This document shows, one piece after another, positions 43,945 to 58,252 of a stretch of 64,000 nucleotides of DNA (positions within the stretch are counted from its first letter, which is position 1; every line of letters begins with the position of its first letter). The notes below the pieces were generated by a model. That model was not told the origin of the DNA and ran no database searches. It saw only the letters and a list, made by a program, of their open reading frames with translations. The stretch comes from Gammaproteobacteria bacterium (GTDB lineage Bacteria; Pseudomonadota; Gammaproteobacteria; Steroidobacterales; Foliamicaceae), in contig WTGP01000012.1 in assembly GCA_011523505.1 (NCBI GenBank), positions 83,038 to 147,037 of the forward strand, read 5' to 3'. Both the position numbers and the translations under genes were made by a program.

Positions 43945-44976
43945 CTACGCGTCAAGCGAGCGCAGTCCGACCGCGTGGCGGATGTCCCTCATCAGCGGTT
44001 CGCTGATCTCGCGCGCCCGCGCCGCGCCGCGCTGCAGTTCGGCCTCGATGTCGCCCGGATTGGCGATCAGGCGGTCGTATACCTCCCGTCCCGGCGCCAG
44101 CAGCGCGTCGAGGTATTCGAACAGTTCGTTCTTCATTTCCGCCCAGCCGATGCCCGCCGCGTAGCGCTCGCGCATCGCGGCGGTCTCTTCCGGACTCGCT
44201 ACCGAGCGGTACAGGTCGAACAGCAGGCTGTCGTCCGGGTCCTTGGGCTCGCCGGGCGCCTGCGAGTTGGTCCTGATCCGCATGATGTATTTGCGCAGTC
44301 GTTTCGCGGGGCAGAACAGCGGCACGACGTTGCCGTAGCTCTTGGACATCTTGCGCCCGTCCGGGCCCAGCAGCACCGCGCGGTGCTCGTCGATGTCGGC
44401 TTGAGGCACGGTCAGCAGTTCGCCGTAGTGATGGTTGAAACGCTGGGCGATGTCGCGGGCCATCTCCACGTGCTGGCGCTGGTCCTTGCCCACCGGCACC
44501 CGGTCGGCCTTGAACATCAGGATGTCGGCGGCCATCAGGATGGGGTAGCAGAACAGCCCCATCGTGATCCCGCGGTCCAGGTCGGCCACGCCGGCCTCGC
44601 GATTGGCGTCGTTCGCGGCCTTGTACGCGTGCGAGCGGTTCATCAGGCCCTTGGCCGTGAGCGTGGTGAGGACCCAGGTCAGCTCCGGGATCTCGGGGAT
44701 GTCCGACTGCCGGTAGAACACGGCGTTTTCGGTGTCCAGCCCCGCCGCCAGCCAGGCGGCGGCCACCTCCAGGCTGGACTGCGCCACTTCGTCGGCGTCG
44801 CGGTTCTTGACCAGCGCGTGGAAGTCGGCCAGGAAGAAGAAGCTGCATCCGGCCGGCGCGCTGCGGCTCGCCTCCACCGCCGGGCGAATCGCGCCCACGT
44901 AATTGCCCAGGTGGGGCGTGCCGGTGGTCGTGATCCCGGTGAGCGTAACGAGGTTCTTGCCGTTCATAGCGCGCAC
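43945..44976 (-). CDS. trpS: tryptophan--tRNA ligase
   Basis: 343-aa ORF with a HIGH-type motif (TGTPHLGNYVG) and KMSKS. Confidence 0.85.
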   Translation of the reverse strand: MRAMNGKNLVTLTGITTTGTPHLGNYVGAIRPAVEASRSAPAGCSFFFLADFHALVKNRDADEVAQSSLEVAAAWLAAGLDTENAVFYRQSDIPEIPELTWVLTTLTAKGLMNRSHAYKAANDANREAGVADLDRGITMGLFCYPILMAADILMFKADRVPVGKDQRQHVEMARDIAQRFNHHYGELLTVPQADIDEHRAVLLGPDGRKMSKSYGNVVPLFCPAKRLRKYIMRIRTNSQAPGEPKDPDDSLLFDLYRSVASPEETAAMRERYAAGIGWAEMKNELFEYLDALLAPGREVYDRLIANPGDIEAELQRGAARAREISEPLMRDIRHAVGLRSLDA

Positions 44977-45011
44977 ATGCTAGCAGCCCGCGGGGCTTCC
45001 GCCACGGGCTG

Positions 45012-46664
45012 CTACAGCCCCGCCGCCTGGCCGTCCTTGCGCGGATCGGACGCGCCGGTCAGCACGCCGGTCTTGCTGTCGTGTTTAACGGCCTGATAGC
45101 CGCCGAAGACCCACGGCGTGTAGCTGAGGTTGTGGCTCATGCCGGCCAACTGCCTGCGCACTTCCGCTTCGAACCCGGGCTCCAGTGCGAGTTGGCCGCC
45201 GTCCGCCGCCGCAGCGTGGCCGGTGGGCTGGCTGGAGCCGCTGTGGTACGCGCGCGGGGCGTCGCCGGCCGCCTGCAGGTCCATGCCGAAGTCCACGACG
45301 TTGGCGATGATCTGCGCCTGTCCCTGCGGCTGCATACCGCCGCCCATCACGCCGAAGGCGAGGCGCTCGCCCGACGAGAAGCGCGCCAGGCCCGGAATGA
45401 TGGTGTGAAACGGGCGTTTTCCGGGAACCAGCGCGTTCGGGTGGTCTTCGTCTAGATTGAACAGTTCGCCGCGGTTCTGCAGCACGAAGCCCAAGTCGGC
45501 GGGCGTCATGCCGGACCCCATGCCGCGGTAGTTGGACTGGATCAGCGACACCAGCAGGCCGTCATTGTCTCCGGTGGCCAGATAGACGGTTTGTGGGGAG
45601 TCCAGCCTCGGGTCGCCGTGCCGAACGGTCGTCGCGGCGTGTTCGGGATCGATCAGCCTGCCCCGCTCGAGTGCGTATTCCTTCGAAATCAGCTCATCGA
45701 CCGGGGCCGGCGCGAACGACGGATCCGCATAGAAACGCGCCCGGTCCTCGAACGCCAGTTTCTTCGCCTCGGTAAGCAGGTGCAGGTGTTCCACAGAGCC
45801 GAACCCCGCGGATGCAAGGTCGTGCTGTTCCAGCAGGTTGAGAATCTGCAGTGTCGCGATCCCCTGGGTGTTGGGGGGCAGGGCATAAACGTCGTTGCCG
45901 CGATAACTCGTCGCCACCGGCTTGACCCATTCCGAAGCGTGCGAGGCCAGGTCGGACTCGTCCAGGTAGCCGCCGTTCTCGCGCATGTAGGCCGCGATCT
46001 TCCAGGCGATTTCTCCCCGGTAGAACGCCTCCCTGCCGTCTTTCGCCAGCAGTTCATAGGTCGCGGCCAGGCGCGGGTTCCGGAATACCTGGCCTTTGGC
46101 GGGCGCCGCGCCGCCGGGCATGAAACTGTCCGCAAATCCGGGGTATTCGGCCAGGACCCGCACGTTCATGGCCCAGGCGTCGGCCGTGAGCTGGGCCACC
46201 GGGAAGCCCTCCCGGGCCAGCGCGATGGCCGGGCCCAGGAGTTCCGCAAAATCCATGCGGCCGAAACGGGCGTGTAATTCGAACCAGCCGTCCACGGCGC
46301 CGGGCGTGGAAACCGGCAGCGGCCCGCGCGCAGGTATGTAATCGAGCCCCGCCTTGCGGAAAACCTCCATGTTGAGCGAGCGCGGCGCCCGCCCGCTTGC
46401 GTTCAGTCCGGCGGGCGTGTCCTTGTCCGGCTCCCAGACCATCGCGAACAGGTCGCCGCCGATGCCGCAGCCGGTCGGTTCGGTCAGTCCCAGTACGGCA
46501 TTGGCGGCGATCGCCGCATCGACTGCGTTGCCGCCGGATCGGAGTATGTCGAGCCCGGCCTGGGTGGCGAACACCTGGCTGGTCGCCACCATTCCCCGGG
46601 TGCTTAACGCCTCGGAACGCGAGGCGAACGGCGACCCGGCCCCGCGTTCGTAAACGGCTTTCAC
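45012..46664 (-). CDS. ggt: gamma-glutamyltransferase family protein
   Basis: GTG at 46664 forms GTGA with the upstream stop. RGMVATSQVFATQAG, the GGDLFAMV block and the T-nucleophile region (LATGDNDG..) are GGT-like. The track ORF start at 46778 overlaps the upstream gene. Confidence 0.75.
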   Translation of the reverse strand: MKAVYERGAGSPFASRSEALSTRGMVATSQVFATQAGLDILRSGGNAVDAAIAANAVLGLTEPTGCGIGGDLFAMVWEPDKDTPAGLNASGRAPRSLNMEVFRKAGLDYIPARGPLPVSTPGAVDGWFELHARFGRMDFAELLGPAIALAREGFPVAQLTADAWAMNVRVLAEYPGFADSFMPGGAAPAKGQVFRNPRLAATYELLAKDGREAFYRGEIAWKIAAYMRENGGYLDESDLASHASEWVKPVATSYRGNDVYALPPNTQGIATLQILNLLEQHDLASAGFGSVEHLHLLTEAKKLAFEDRARFYADPSFAPAPVDELISKEYALERGRLIDPEHAATTVRHGDPRLDSPQTVYLATGDNDGLLVSLIQSNYRGMGSGMTPADLGFVLQNRGELFNLDEDHPNALVPGKRPFHTIIPGLARFSSGERLAFGVMGGGMQPQGQAQIIANVVDFGMDLQAAGDAPRAYHSGSSQPTGHAAAADGGQLALEPGFEAEVRRQLAGMSHNLSYTPWVFGGYQAVKHDSKTGVLTGASDPRKDGQAAGL

Positions 46665-46954
46665 AGCGCGTCGGCCAGTTCGTTCATGGCTTGCGCCAGC
46701 TGGAAGTCCAACTCGGTGATGCCGCCGGCCTCGTGCGTGTTCAGATGCACGTCCACCTTCGACCACACGTTGAACCACTCCGGATGATGGTTGAGCTTTT
46801 CGGCCGCCAGCGCCGCGCCGGTCATGAAAGCGAACGCCCTCCGGAAGTCCGCGAACCGAAACGACCGGTGCAGCTTGCCTCCGTCCAGCCCCCAGCCCGG
46901 CAGATCGCCAAGCCGCTCCGCCACCTCTTCCGTCGAAAGTAAATCAGCCATCAC
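46661..46954 (-). CDS. phhB: 4a-hydroxytetrahydrobiopterin (pterin-4-alpha-carbinolamine) dehydratase
   Basis: 97-aa ORF. GWGLDGGKLHRSFRFADFRRAFAFMTGAALAAEKLNHHPEWFNVWSKVDVHLNTH is the PCD signature. Confidence 0.85.
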   Translation of the reverse strand: MMADLLSTEEVAERLGDLPGWGLDGGKLHRSFRFADFRRAFAFMTGAALAAEKLNHHPEWFNVWSKVDVHLNTHEAGGITELDFQLAQAMNELADAL

Positions 46955-47157
46955 ATCCTCTCCTACAAAGGCTCATATTGCCATACAACGCGCGCGGAAA
47001 ACTTGATTTATTCGGCGCTTTTTGGGAAGCTAGGCGGTTGGCGTTTCAGCACGAAGCGCCGGTTTGCTCGCATTTCAAGCCACCAACTGAATTTCCCGCG
47101 CCGGCTGGGCGGCCGGCGCAACGATGGCGGCGCTGCACACGGTTTGAGTATCGGCCC

Positions 47158-51744
<4,587 letters not shown>

Positions 51745-51763
51745 CGACCTGAGCACAAGCGCG

Positions 51764-53278
51764 ATGGGCAAGACGACGGGGTTCATGGAGTACGCGCGCG
51801 CGTCCGCGCCGTATCGCGACGCGAACGAGCGCCTGCGCGATTTCCGCGAGATCTACACCGGACCCGACGCCGCGCACCTCGCCCGGCAGGGCGCGCGCTG
51901 CATGGATTGCGGAGTGCCGTTCTGCCAGTCGGACGACGGCTGCCCGATCCACAACCTGATCCCGGAGTGGAACGACCTGATCTACCGGGACCAGTGGCGC
52001 GAAGCGCTCGACCGCCTGCACAAGACCAACAACTTTCCCGAATTCACCGGGCGGGTATGCCCGGCGCCCTGTGAAGGCGCCTGCGTGCTGGGGATCACCG
52101 ACCCCGCGGTCACGATCAAGGACATCGAGATGGCCATCGCCGACCGGGGTTTCGAGGAGGGCTGGATCGTCGCCGAGCCTCCGTCTTTCCGCACCGGACG
52201 GCGCGTCGCGGTGATCGGCTCCGGGCCCGCCGGGCTGGCCGCCGCGCAACAGTTGAACCGGGCCGGCCACGTCGCCGTCATCTACGAGCGCGCCGACCGC
52301 ATCGGCGGCCTTTTGACCTACGGCATCCCCAACATGAAGCTCGACAAGGTGGAAATCGTCGATCGGCGCCTGGACCTGATGCGCGAGGAGGGCGTGCAGT
52401 TCCGCGTCAACGCGGACGTCGGCGACGGGTCCGAAGGCTCCATCGACGTGCGCGAACTGGCGAAGGAATACGACGCCGTGCTGCTGGCGACCGGGGCGAC
52501 CGTTCCGCGCGACCTGCCGATACCGGGGCGCGACCTCGAAGGCGTGCACTTCGCGATGGACTTTCTGACGCAGAACACGCGCAGCCTGCTCGATTCGAAT
52601 CTCGCCGACGGTAACTACATTTCCGCGAAGGACAAGGACGTGATCGTGATCGGCGGCGGCGACACCGGCACCGACTGCATCGGCACGGCGCTTCGCCACG
52701 GCTGCAAAAGCCTGGTCAATTTCGAGCTGTTCCCGCAGCCGCCGGCGACGCGCGCGCCGAACAATCTCTGGCCCACCTGGCCGGTGATTTTCCGCACCGA
52801 ATACGGCCACGAGGAGTCCGCGACGATGTTCGGCAAGGACCCGCGCGTCTACCTGATCTCGTCAACGGAATTCGTCGCGCGCACGGACGGCGGGACGCGC
52901 GAGAACGCGTCCCGCGGCAACGGAACCGCGATAATTGGACGACACGTCGCCGGTATTCGCACTGTTGACGTCCAATTGAAGGACGGCAAGTTCGAAAACG
53001 TGCCCGGCAGCGAACGCGAGTGGCCGGCCGACCTGGTGCTGCTGGCGATGGGTTTTCTGCGCCCCGAGCACGCCGTCTCCGACGCGCTGGACCTGGCCTA
53101 CGACGAGCGCGGCAACTACCGGGCGGAGTACGGCCAGTACCGGACCAACGTGGAGAACGTGTTCGCCGCCGGCGACTGCCGCCGGGGCCAGTCACTGATC
53201 GTGAACGCCATCAACGAAGGCCGCGAAGCCGCCCGCGAAATCGACCGCCACCTCATGGGCTCCACCGAACTCCCCTAA
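51764..53278 (+). CDS. gltD: glutamate synthase small subunit
   Basis: Starts [10 protein letters not shown]. Contains a Cys cluster (CMDCGVPFC...CPAPCEGAC) and the dinucleotide motif [14 protein letters not shown]. Confidence 0.9.
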   Translation: MGKTTGFMEYARASAPYRDANERLRDFREIYTGPDAAHLARQGARCMDCGVPFCQSDDGCPIHNLIPEWNDLIYRDQWREALDRLHKTNNFPEFTGRVCPAPCEGACVLGITDPAVTIKDIEMAIADRGFEEGWIVAEPPSFRTGRRVAVIGSGPAGLAAAQQLNRAGHVAVIYERADRIGGLLTYGIPNMKLDKVEIVDRRLDLMREEGVQFRVNADVGDGSEGSIDVRELAKEYDAVLLATGATVPRDLPIPGRDLEGVHFAMDFLTQNTRSLLDSNLADGNYISAKDKDVIVIGGGDTGTDCIGTALRHGCKSLVNFELFPQPPATRAPNNLWPTWPVIFRTEYGHEESATMFGKDPRVYLISSTEFVARTDGGTRENASRGNGTAIIGRHVAGIRTVDVQLKDGKFENVPGSEREWPADLVLLAMGFLRPEHAVSDALDLAYDERGNYRAEYGQYRTNVENVFAAGDCRRGQSLIVNAINEGREAAREIDRHLMGSTELP

Positions 53279-53294
53279 CAACGCAACCTCGGAC

Positions 53295-53418
53295 AGCCCT
53301 CCGTTCTTTCCGCTCCCCCTCCTCTTCGGAGACGCATGAACCCATCCATGGGGCTCGGCGGCGGCTATCCTGCCGCCGACGCTCCGCAGAGGAGGGGGAG
53401 CGGAAAGAACGGAGGGCT
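53295..53418. repeat. long inverted repeat (36-nt arms with 1 mismatch, 30 nt of them perfect; 52-nt spacer) in the convergent gltD / HMG-CoA-lyase-like intergenic region
   Basis: GCCCTCCGTTCTTTCCGCTCCCCCTCCTCT at 53296-53325 is the exact reverse complement of 53388-53417. Pairing extends to 53295-53330 with 53383-53418, with one mismatch. Confidence 0.8.
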
Positions 53419-54356
53419 TAGGCGGTGCCCCAGCCGGGGTGGAAGCCGAGGGGGAGGCCGGCTTCGGGGGTGAAGCCGTACATCTCGGTGCTGGGTAGTG
53501 CTTCGTTGACGACGTCGCGGACCTTCAGCAGGCGGTCGAGGTCGATGCCGGTGTTGAGGCCCATGGACTCGAGCATGAAGACAAGGTCTTCGGTGACGAT
53601 GTTGCCGCTGGCTCCGGGGGCGAACGGGCACCCGCCGATGCCGCCCAACGAACTGTCGAGCGTGGTGATGCCTTCTTCCAGCGCCGCCATGGCGTTGGCC
53701 AGCCCCAGGCCGCGGGTGTTGTGCAGATGCACGCCGGTGAGCTTTTCCTCGCCGATCTCGGACTTTACCCTGCGCACCAGCCGCTTGATCTGCGCGGGGT
53801 TCGCGTAGCCGGTCGTGTCCGACAGCCCCACCTCCCGGCAACCCGCCTCAACCAGCGCATGGGCCAGTTCCAGCACCTTGCTTTCGGGCACCGGCCCTTC
53901 CATCGTGCAGCCGAATGCGGTGGCGATTCCGGCCTCGAAAATCGGGCGGCGCTCCTCGGGAAGTTCGTCCAGCATCTCGTTGATGCGGCGGACTTCCTCA
54001 AGCATTTCGGGGTGGTTCTTGCGCACGTTCGCCTTGCTGTGCGTCTCGCTGGCCGAAACCGGGATGCTCACCTTGTGCGTGCCGGCGGCGACCGCCCGTT
54101 CCACGCCCTTGAGGTTCGGCGCCAGGGTGGTGACGTGCAACCCCGGGATGGTCACGGCGTAACGCACGAGCTCCTCGCAGTCGGACATCTGCGGCAGCAG
54201 TTTGGGCGGCACGAAGGAGCCGACTTCGATTTCGGGCACGCCTGCGGCGGCCTCGGCCCGGATCCAGGCCTTCTTGGCCTCGGTGGGCATGATCACGTCG
54301 AGGCTCTGCAGGCCGTCGCGCGGCCCCACCTCGCTTACGAGAACGTCAATGGACAT
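53418..54356 (-). CDS. hydroxymethylglutaryl-CoA lyase family protein
   Basis: 312-aa ORF with the N-terminal EVGPRDGLQS motif and HLHNTRGLGLAN. Confidence 0.85.
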   Translation of the reverse strand: MSIDVLVSEVGPRDGLQSLDVIMPTEAKKAWIRAEAAAGVPEIEVGSFVPPKLLPQMSDCEELVRYAVTIPGLHVTTLAPNLKGVERAVAAGTHKVSIPVSASETHSKANVRKNHPEMLEEVRRINEMLDELPEERRPIFEAGIATAFGCTMEGPVPESKVLELAHALVEAGCREVGLSDTTGYANPAQIKRLVRRVKSEIGEEKLTGVHLHNTRGLGLANAMAALEEGITTLDSSLGGIGGCPFAPGASGNIVTEDLVFMLESMGLNTGIDLDRLLKVRDVVNEALPSTEMYGFTPEAGLPLGFHPGWGTA

Positions 54357-54388
54357 ATGGCTCTTCTTCCGGGCCCTGTGGACAGGCC

Positions 54389-54685
54389 CTAGCTGCTGCG
54401 GCTGGCCGCCTGCGCCCGCTGCTGGCTCTTGCGGCCGATCCGCGTGAGATGAACGCGGCTGGTCTTGCCCGCGCGCCGCTCGTTCAATCGCGATACGAGA
54501 CTCGTGACCTCTTCGCGCACCTCGTCGGCCTCGCCCTGCTTGTAGCCCGTAATCGTGGTGGTTCCCTGGGTCAGCTCGTAGCGGTACCAGTTATCGGCGT
54601 CGGAACCGTCCGGAGAAGCGGTCTGTTCCAGGGTTACGATCTCGAAGGGCCGGGCGGCCGGCATTACGTTGGTGTCATCGGTCAT
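54389..54685 (-). CDS. hypothetical protein
   Basis: 98-aa ORF with core-like GC-rich third codon positions, upstream of and co-oriented with the lyase gene. No family recognised. Confidence 0.45.
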   Translation of the reverse strand: MTDDTNVMPAARPFEIVTLEQTASPDGSDADNWYRYELTQGTTTITGYKQGEADEVREEVTSLVSRLNERRAGKTSRVHLTRIGRKSQQRAQAASRSS

Positions 54686-54774
54686 AACCGGAACATTTTA
54701 CACCCCCCGCCAGGCGCGCCCTTCGGCCGGAAACCGTTGGCCGAGGCAGCCGGAAAACTGGCATTCGGGCGGCT

Positions 54775-55617
54775 GTGAGGCTACATTACCGGGCGGAGGG
54801 ACTCCGGCACTTTTTCATGAATAATTCCGATGGGCCGGCCACCGTCACGTTGACAGGCCTCGCGCCGCTGGAAGTCCTCAAGGGAGGCAGCGGCCCGCAA
54901 CTCGTCTGGCTGCATGGCGAAGAAGGACAGCGCGGCTGGCTGCCGCACCACGCGCGCCTGGCCGAGCGTTTCACGGTCCTGGCGCCGACCCTGCCCGGCA
55001 TCGGCGCATCGGCGCTGCCCGAGTGGGTGAACGGCGTGCCCGACATCGCGAAGGTCCTGCTTGCGGCGCTCGACGTCGGCGGGATCGGCAACTGCATGCT
55101 CGGCGGCGCTTCCATGGGCGGCTGGATCGCGGCGGAAATGGCCTCTATGGAGCCCGGCCGGTTCCGGGGACTGGTTCTGACCGGTTCGCAGGGCACCGCC
55201 ACCGGTGAGATGAACACGCCCGACCTGTTCCTGATGCCCTACCGCAGGTACATCTCCTTCGGCTACAACGACGCCCGCTCGGCCGCGTTCCAGGACCTGT
55301 GGGCGGGCGAACTCGACGACGACGCGGTGACCCAGGACCTGGAAGTGATGGAGCTCTCGGCGCTGCTCGGCTTCAAGCCGTACATGCACGACCGCTCGCT
55401 GCTGCCGGCGCTGGCGCGCTTCACGAATCCGGCGCTGCTGCTGTGGGGCGCCAACGATGTCATCACGCCGCCGGCGGTCGCGGAGCGCTTCCTGGACGCG
55501 TTGCCCGCGGCCGAACTGGTCACGATCGGCGACGCCGGGCACTACGCGCACCTGGAGAAGCCCGTCGAGTTCGCCGAGGCCGTGGCCGGTTTCGGCGCCG
55601 GATTGAAGGCGGACTGA
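54775..55617 (+). CDS. alpha/beta hydrolase
   Basis: 280-aa ORF with LVWLHGE, the nucleophile elbow LGGASMGGWIA, and a C-terminal GHYAHLEKP. An alternative start is at 54817. Confidence 0.75.
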   Translation: MRLHYRAEGLRHFFMNNSDGPATVTLTGLAPLEVLKGGSGPQLVWLHGEEGQRGWLPHHARLAERFTVLAPTLPGIGASALPEWVNGVPDIAKVLLAALDVGGIGNCMLGGASMGGWIAAEMASMEPGRFRGLVLTGSQGTATGEMNTPDLFLMPYRRYISFGYNDARSAAFQDLWAGELDDDAVTQDLEVMELSALLGFKPYMHDRSLLPALARFTNPALLLWGANDVITPPAVAERFLDALPAAELVTIGDAGHYAHLEKPVEFAEAVAGFGAGLKAD

Positions 55618-55620
55618 ACC

Positions 55621-56799
55621 ATGTTCCAACTGCACTACTTCGTCAACCATCCCTACCTGGGTTATCCGCATGAGGCGGCGGCCGAGTTCGGCGCCGTGAT
55701 GCTCAAGTTCTCCAATCGCCATTTCGACGGAGAGCGCGCGGCCGAGTTGTTCGAGCGCTATCACGAGGAATACGTGGTGGCCGAACAGGCGGGCTTCGAC
55801 TCCATCGTCGTCAACGAGCATCACAACGCCCCCGCAGCCATGTCCCCCGCGCCCAACCTGTTCGCGGTGGTTGTGGCCAAGCTCACCGAACGCGTGAAGA
55901 TATTCATCGCCGGCAACATTCTGCCGATCAACGGCAACCCGGTCCGCCTGGCCGAGGAGCTGGCGCTGATCGACCTGTTCTCGAAGGGCCGGCTCATTTC
56001 CGGTTTCGTGCGGGGCGGTGCGGTGGAGTCGCTGGCCATGTCGATCAACACGCTGCACAACCGGGAGATGTTCGCCGAGGCGCACGACCTGATCCTGAAG
56101 ACCTGGACCGAGCCCGGCCCCTTCGTGTGGGAGGGGAAGCACTACAACTACCGTTGCGTCAATCCCTGGGCGCTCCCGCTGCAGAAGCCGCATCCTCCGA
56201 TCATGATTCCGGGGTCCACGAGCCGCGAGACCGTGGAGTTCGCCGCCGAGCGCGGCTACCCCTACGTGGCCCTGGCCACCCGGCTGGAGGCCACCGACAA
56301 GCTTTTCGCCGACTACAACCAGATCGCGGAAGAGCACGGCCATACGCCGACGCCCGCCCACCGCGGCTATTTCACCCGCGTGCACGTGGCGCCCACCGAC
56401 GAGCAGGCGCTCGAGGAGGGCCGCGAGCAGTTCGGAGGCCGGGTGGCGCAGGTCACGAGCATGGTGGACATGAAGATCCATCCCGACGTGGGCGCCTGGA
56501 TGGCGCCGCCGGGCTACGTGAGCCGCGAGGCGGCCATCGCCAGGCGCCGCTACATGGGCGGAACGCCCTATGCCTTCTTCACCCAGGGCTACGAGAAGGC
56601 GCTGGAGACCCGCCAGATCATCATCGGAAGCCCCGAAACGGTCGCGCGGCAACTGAACGAACTGCGCCTGAGGTTCGGCGTGGGCCACCTGGGCATTTCC
56701 CACTTCGCCGTGGAAGACTACGGGCGATCGCTGCGCAACCTGGAGCTTCTCGGCAACGAGGTGTTTCCGCGCCTGCGCGAAATGGCCGCCGGGGACTGA
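55621..56799 (+). CDS. LLM-class (luciferase-like) flavin-dependent oxidoreductase
   Basis: 392-aa ORF. GFDSIVVNEHHNAP and the overall pattern are typical of the LLM family. Confidence 0.75.
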   Translation: MFQLHYFVNHPYLGYPHEAAAEFGAVMLKFSNRHFDGERAAELFERYHEEYVVAEQAGFDSIVVNEHHNAPAAMSPAPNLFAVVVAKLTERVKIFIAGNILPINGNPVRLAEELALIDLFSKGRLISGFVRGGAVESLAMSINTLHNREMFAEAHDLILKTWTEPGPFVWEGKHYNYRCVNPWALPLQKPHPPIMIPGSTSRETVEFAAERGYPYVALATRLEATDKLFADYNQIAEEHGHTPTPAHRGYFTRVHVAPTDEQALEEGREQFGGRVAQVTSMVDMKIHPDVGAWMAPPGYVSREAAIARRRYMGGTPYAFFTQGYEKALETRQIIIGSPETVARQLNELRLRFGVGHLGISHFAVEDYGRSLRNLELLGNEVFPRLREMAAGD

Positions 56800-56801
56800 G
56801 T

Positions 56802-58244
56802 TTGGCCGCCGCCGAAAGCGGGCAGGCCCGCGCCGTGGCCGGCGCCCCGCCACAGCATCCTCCGGGCTACGTGGGCAAGCTGCCCCTGTCGCTCAAGGCG
56901 GGCTGGGGAGTGGGCTCGATGGGCTGCCTGGGGATGCTGTTCATCGTCAACGTTTTCGTCCTCTATTTCCTGGTCAATCACCTGGGGATGGACCCGGCGC
57001 TGGCGGGGCTGATCCTCTTCATCACGCGGATCTACGACGTGTTCAGCGACCCCATGATCGGGTTTTTGAGCGACACCACCCGCAGCCGCTGGGGCCGGCG
57101 GCGCCCATGGATGGCGCTGGGCGCGTTCATGTCCGGGCTGGCGCTGATCCTCACGTTCAACGTGCCGGCGCTGGCGTCGATGAATGCGCTGGCGCTCTAC
57201 CAGCTCATCGTGTTGATTGCCTATTTCACCGGCTACACGCTGTTCTACGTGCCGTTCATGGCGATGCCCGCGGAAATGACCGACGACTACAACGAGCGCA
57301 CGTCGATCATGTCCTGGCGGGTGGGGTATTCCAACTTCGCCGGCATCCTGATCGCCGCCGGCATGCCGGCGCTGATCGACTACCTGGGCGCCGACCGCAG
57401 GGCCTACGGGATCGTCGCGCTCCTGGTGGGCATCCTGATCGGCGCGACCATGATGACGACGGTGCTGCTGACCCGGCGCGCCCGGGAGTTGCCCAGCTCG
57501 CAGCAGGACCGCTATTCGGTCCGAGAGTATTTCCGGGCGCTGGCGAACAACCGGCCCTTCCTCACTCTGGCCGCGCTCAAGGGCACGCTGTACCTGGGCG
57601 TGGGCGTCAACGGCAGCGCGCTGCTGTTCTTCATGACCTACGTGCTGGAGCGGGGCGAACAGGGCCTGGCGCTTTCCACGCTGGCGGGCAACATCGCCGG
57701 CCTTTGCACGGTGCCGCTCTGGGCTTACTTCAGCCGCGGCAGGGACAAGCGCTGGGTCTATTTGATCGCCATCATCGGCTCCGGCCTCATGCTCATCTCA
57801 TGGGCGTTCGCCACGCCCACCGAAGGCAACCTGATTTTTATCATCCGGTCCTGCTTTATCGGGATCTTCAGCGCCGGGGGGCTGACGATCGGGTTCTCGA
57901 TGCTGCCGGACACGATCGAATACGACCGCATCCGCACCGGGAAGGTCCGCACCGCGCTCTACACCGGGGTCCTGGGCTTCGTCGAAAAGACCGGCTTCGC
58001 GCTGGGCCCGTTGCTCATGGGCTTTTACTTTTCCGCTGCGGGCCTTGTCGAGACCACGCTGGGCGCCGTCGAGCAGCCGGACAGCGCGATTACCGCCATC
58101 GTGTACGGCAAGGCCTGGATTCCCGCGACGCTGCAGGCGCTGGCGCTGTTCTGGCTGGTGTCCTACCGGCTTACGGAGAAGCAGCTCGCCGACATGCGCG
58201 TCGCGCCGGGCGCGATCGACGCCCCGGCGGCGGCGCGCGATTAG
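56802..58244 (+). CDS. GPH-family (MelB-like) MFS sugar/glycoside:cation symporter
   Basis: ITRIYDVFSDPMIGFLSDTTRSRWGRRRPWM is the GPH signature. The start is uncertain (TTG 56802 or GTG 56871). The upstream part of the track ORF overlaps the LLM gene in another frame. Confidence 0.7.
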   Translation: MAAAESGQARAVAGAPPQHPPGYVGKLPLSLKAGWGVGSMGCLGMLFIVNVFVLYFLVNHLGMDPALAGLILFITRIYDVFSDPMIGFLSDTTRSRWGRRRPWMALGAFMSGLALILTFNVPALASMNALALYQLIVLIAYFTGYTLFYVPFMAMPAEMTDDYNERTSIMSWRVGYSNFAGILIAAGMPALIDYLGADRRAYGIVALLVGILIGATMMTTVLLTRRARELPSSQQDRYSVREYFRALANNRPFLTLAALKGTLYLGVGVNGSALLFFMTYVLERGEQGLALSTLAGNIAGLCTVPLWAYFSRGRDKRWVYLIAIIGSGLMLISWAFATPTEGNLIFIIRSCFIGIFSAGGLTIGFSMLPDTIEYDRIRTGKVRTALYTGVLGFVEKTGFALGPLLMGFYFSAAGLVETTLGAVEQPDSAITAIVYGKAWIPATLQALALFWLVSYRLTEKQLADMRVAPGAIDAPAAARD

Positions 58245-58252
58245 CGGCGAGC

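Noticed and set aside
54781-56853. 690-aa minus-strand ORF
   Set aside because: It is antisense to the alpha/beta hydrolase and LLM oxidoreductase genes, which have clear family motifs. Its composition is artefactual.
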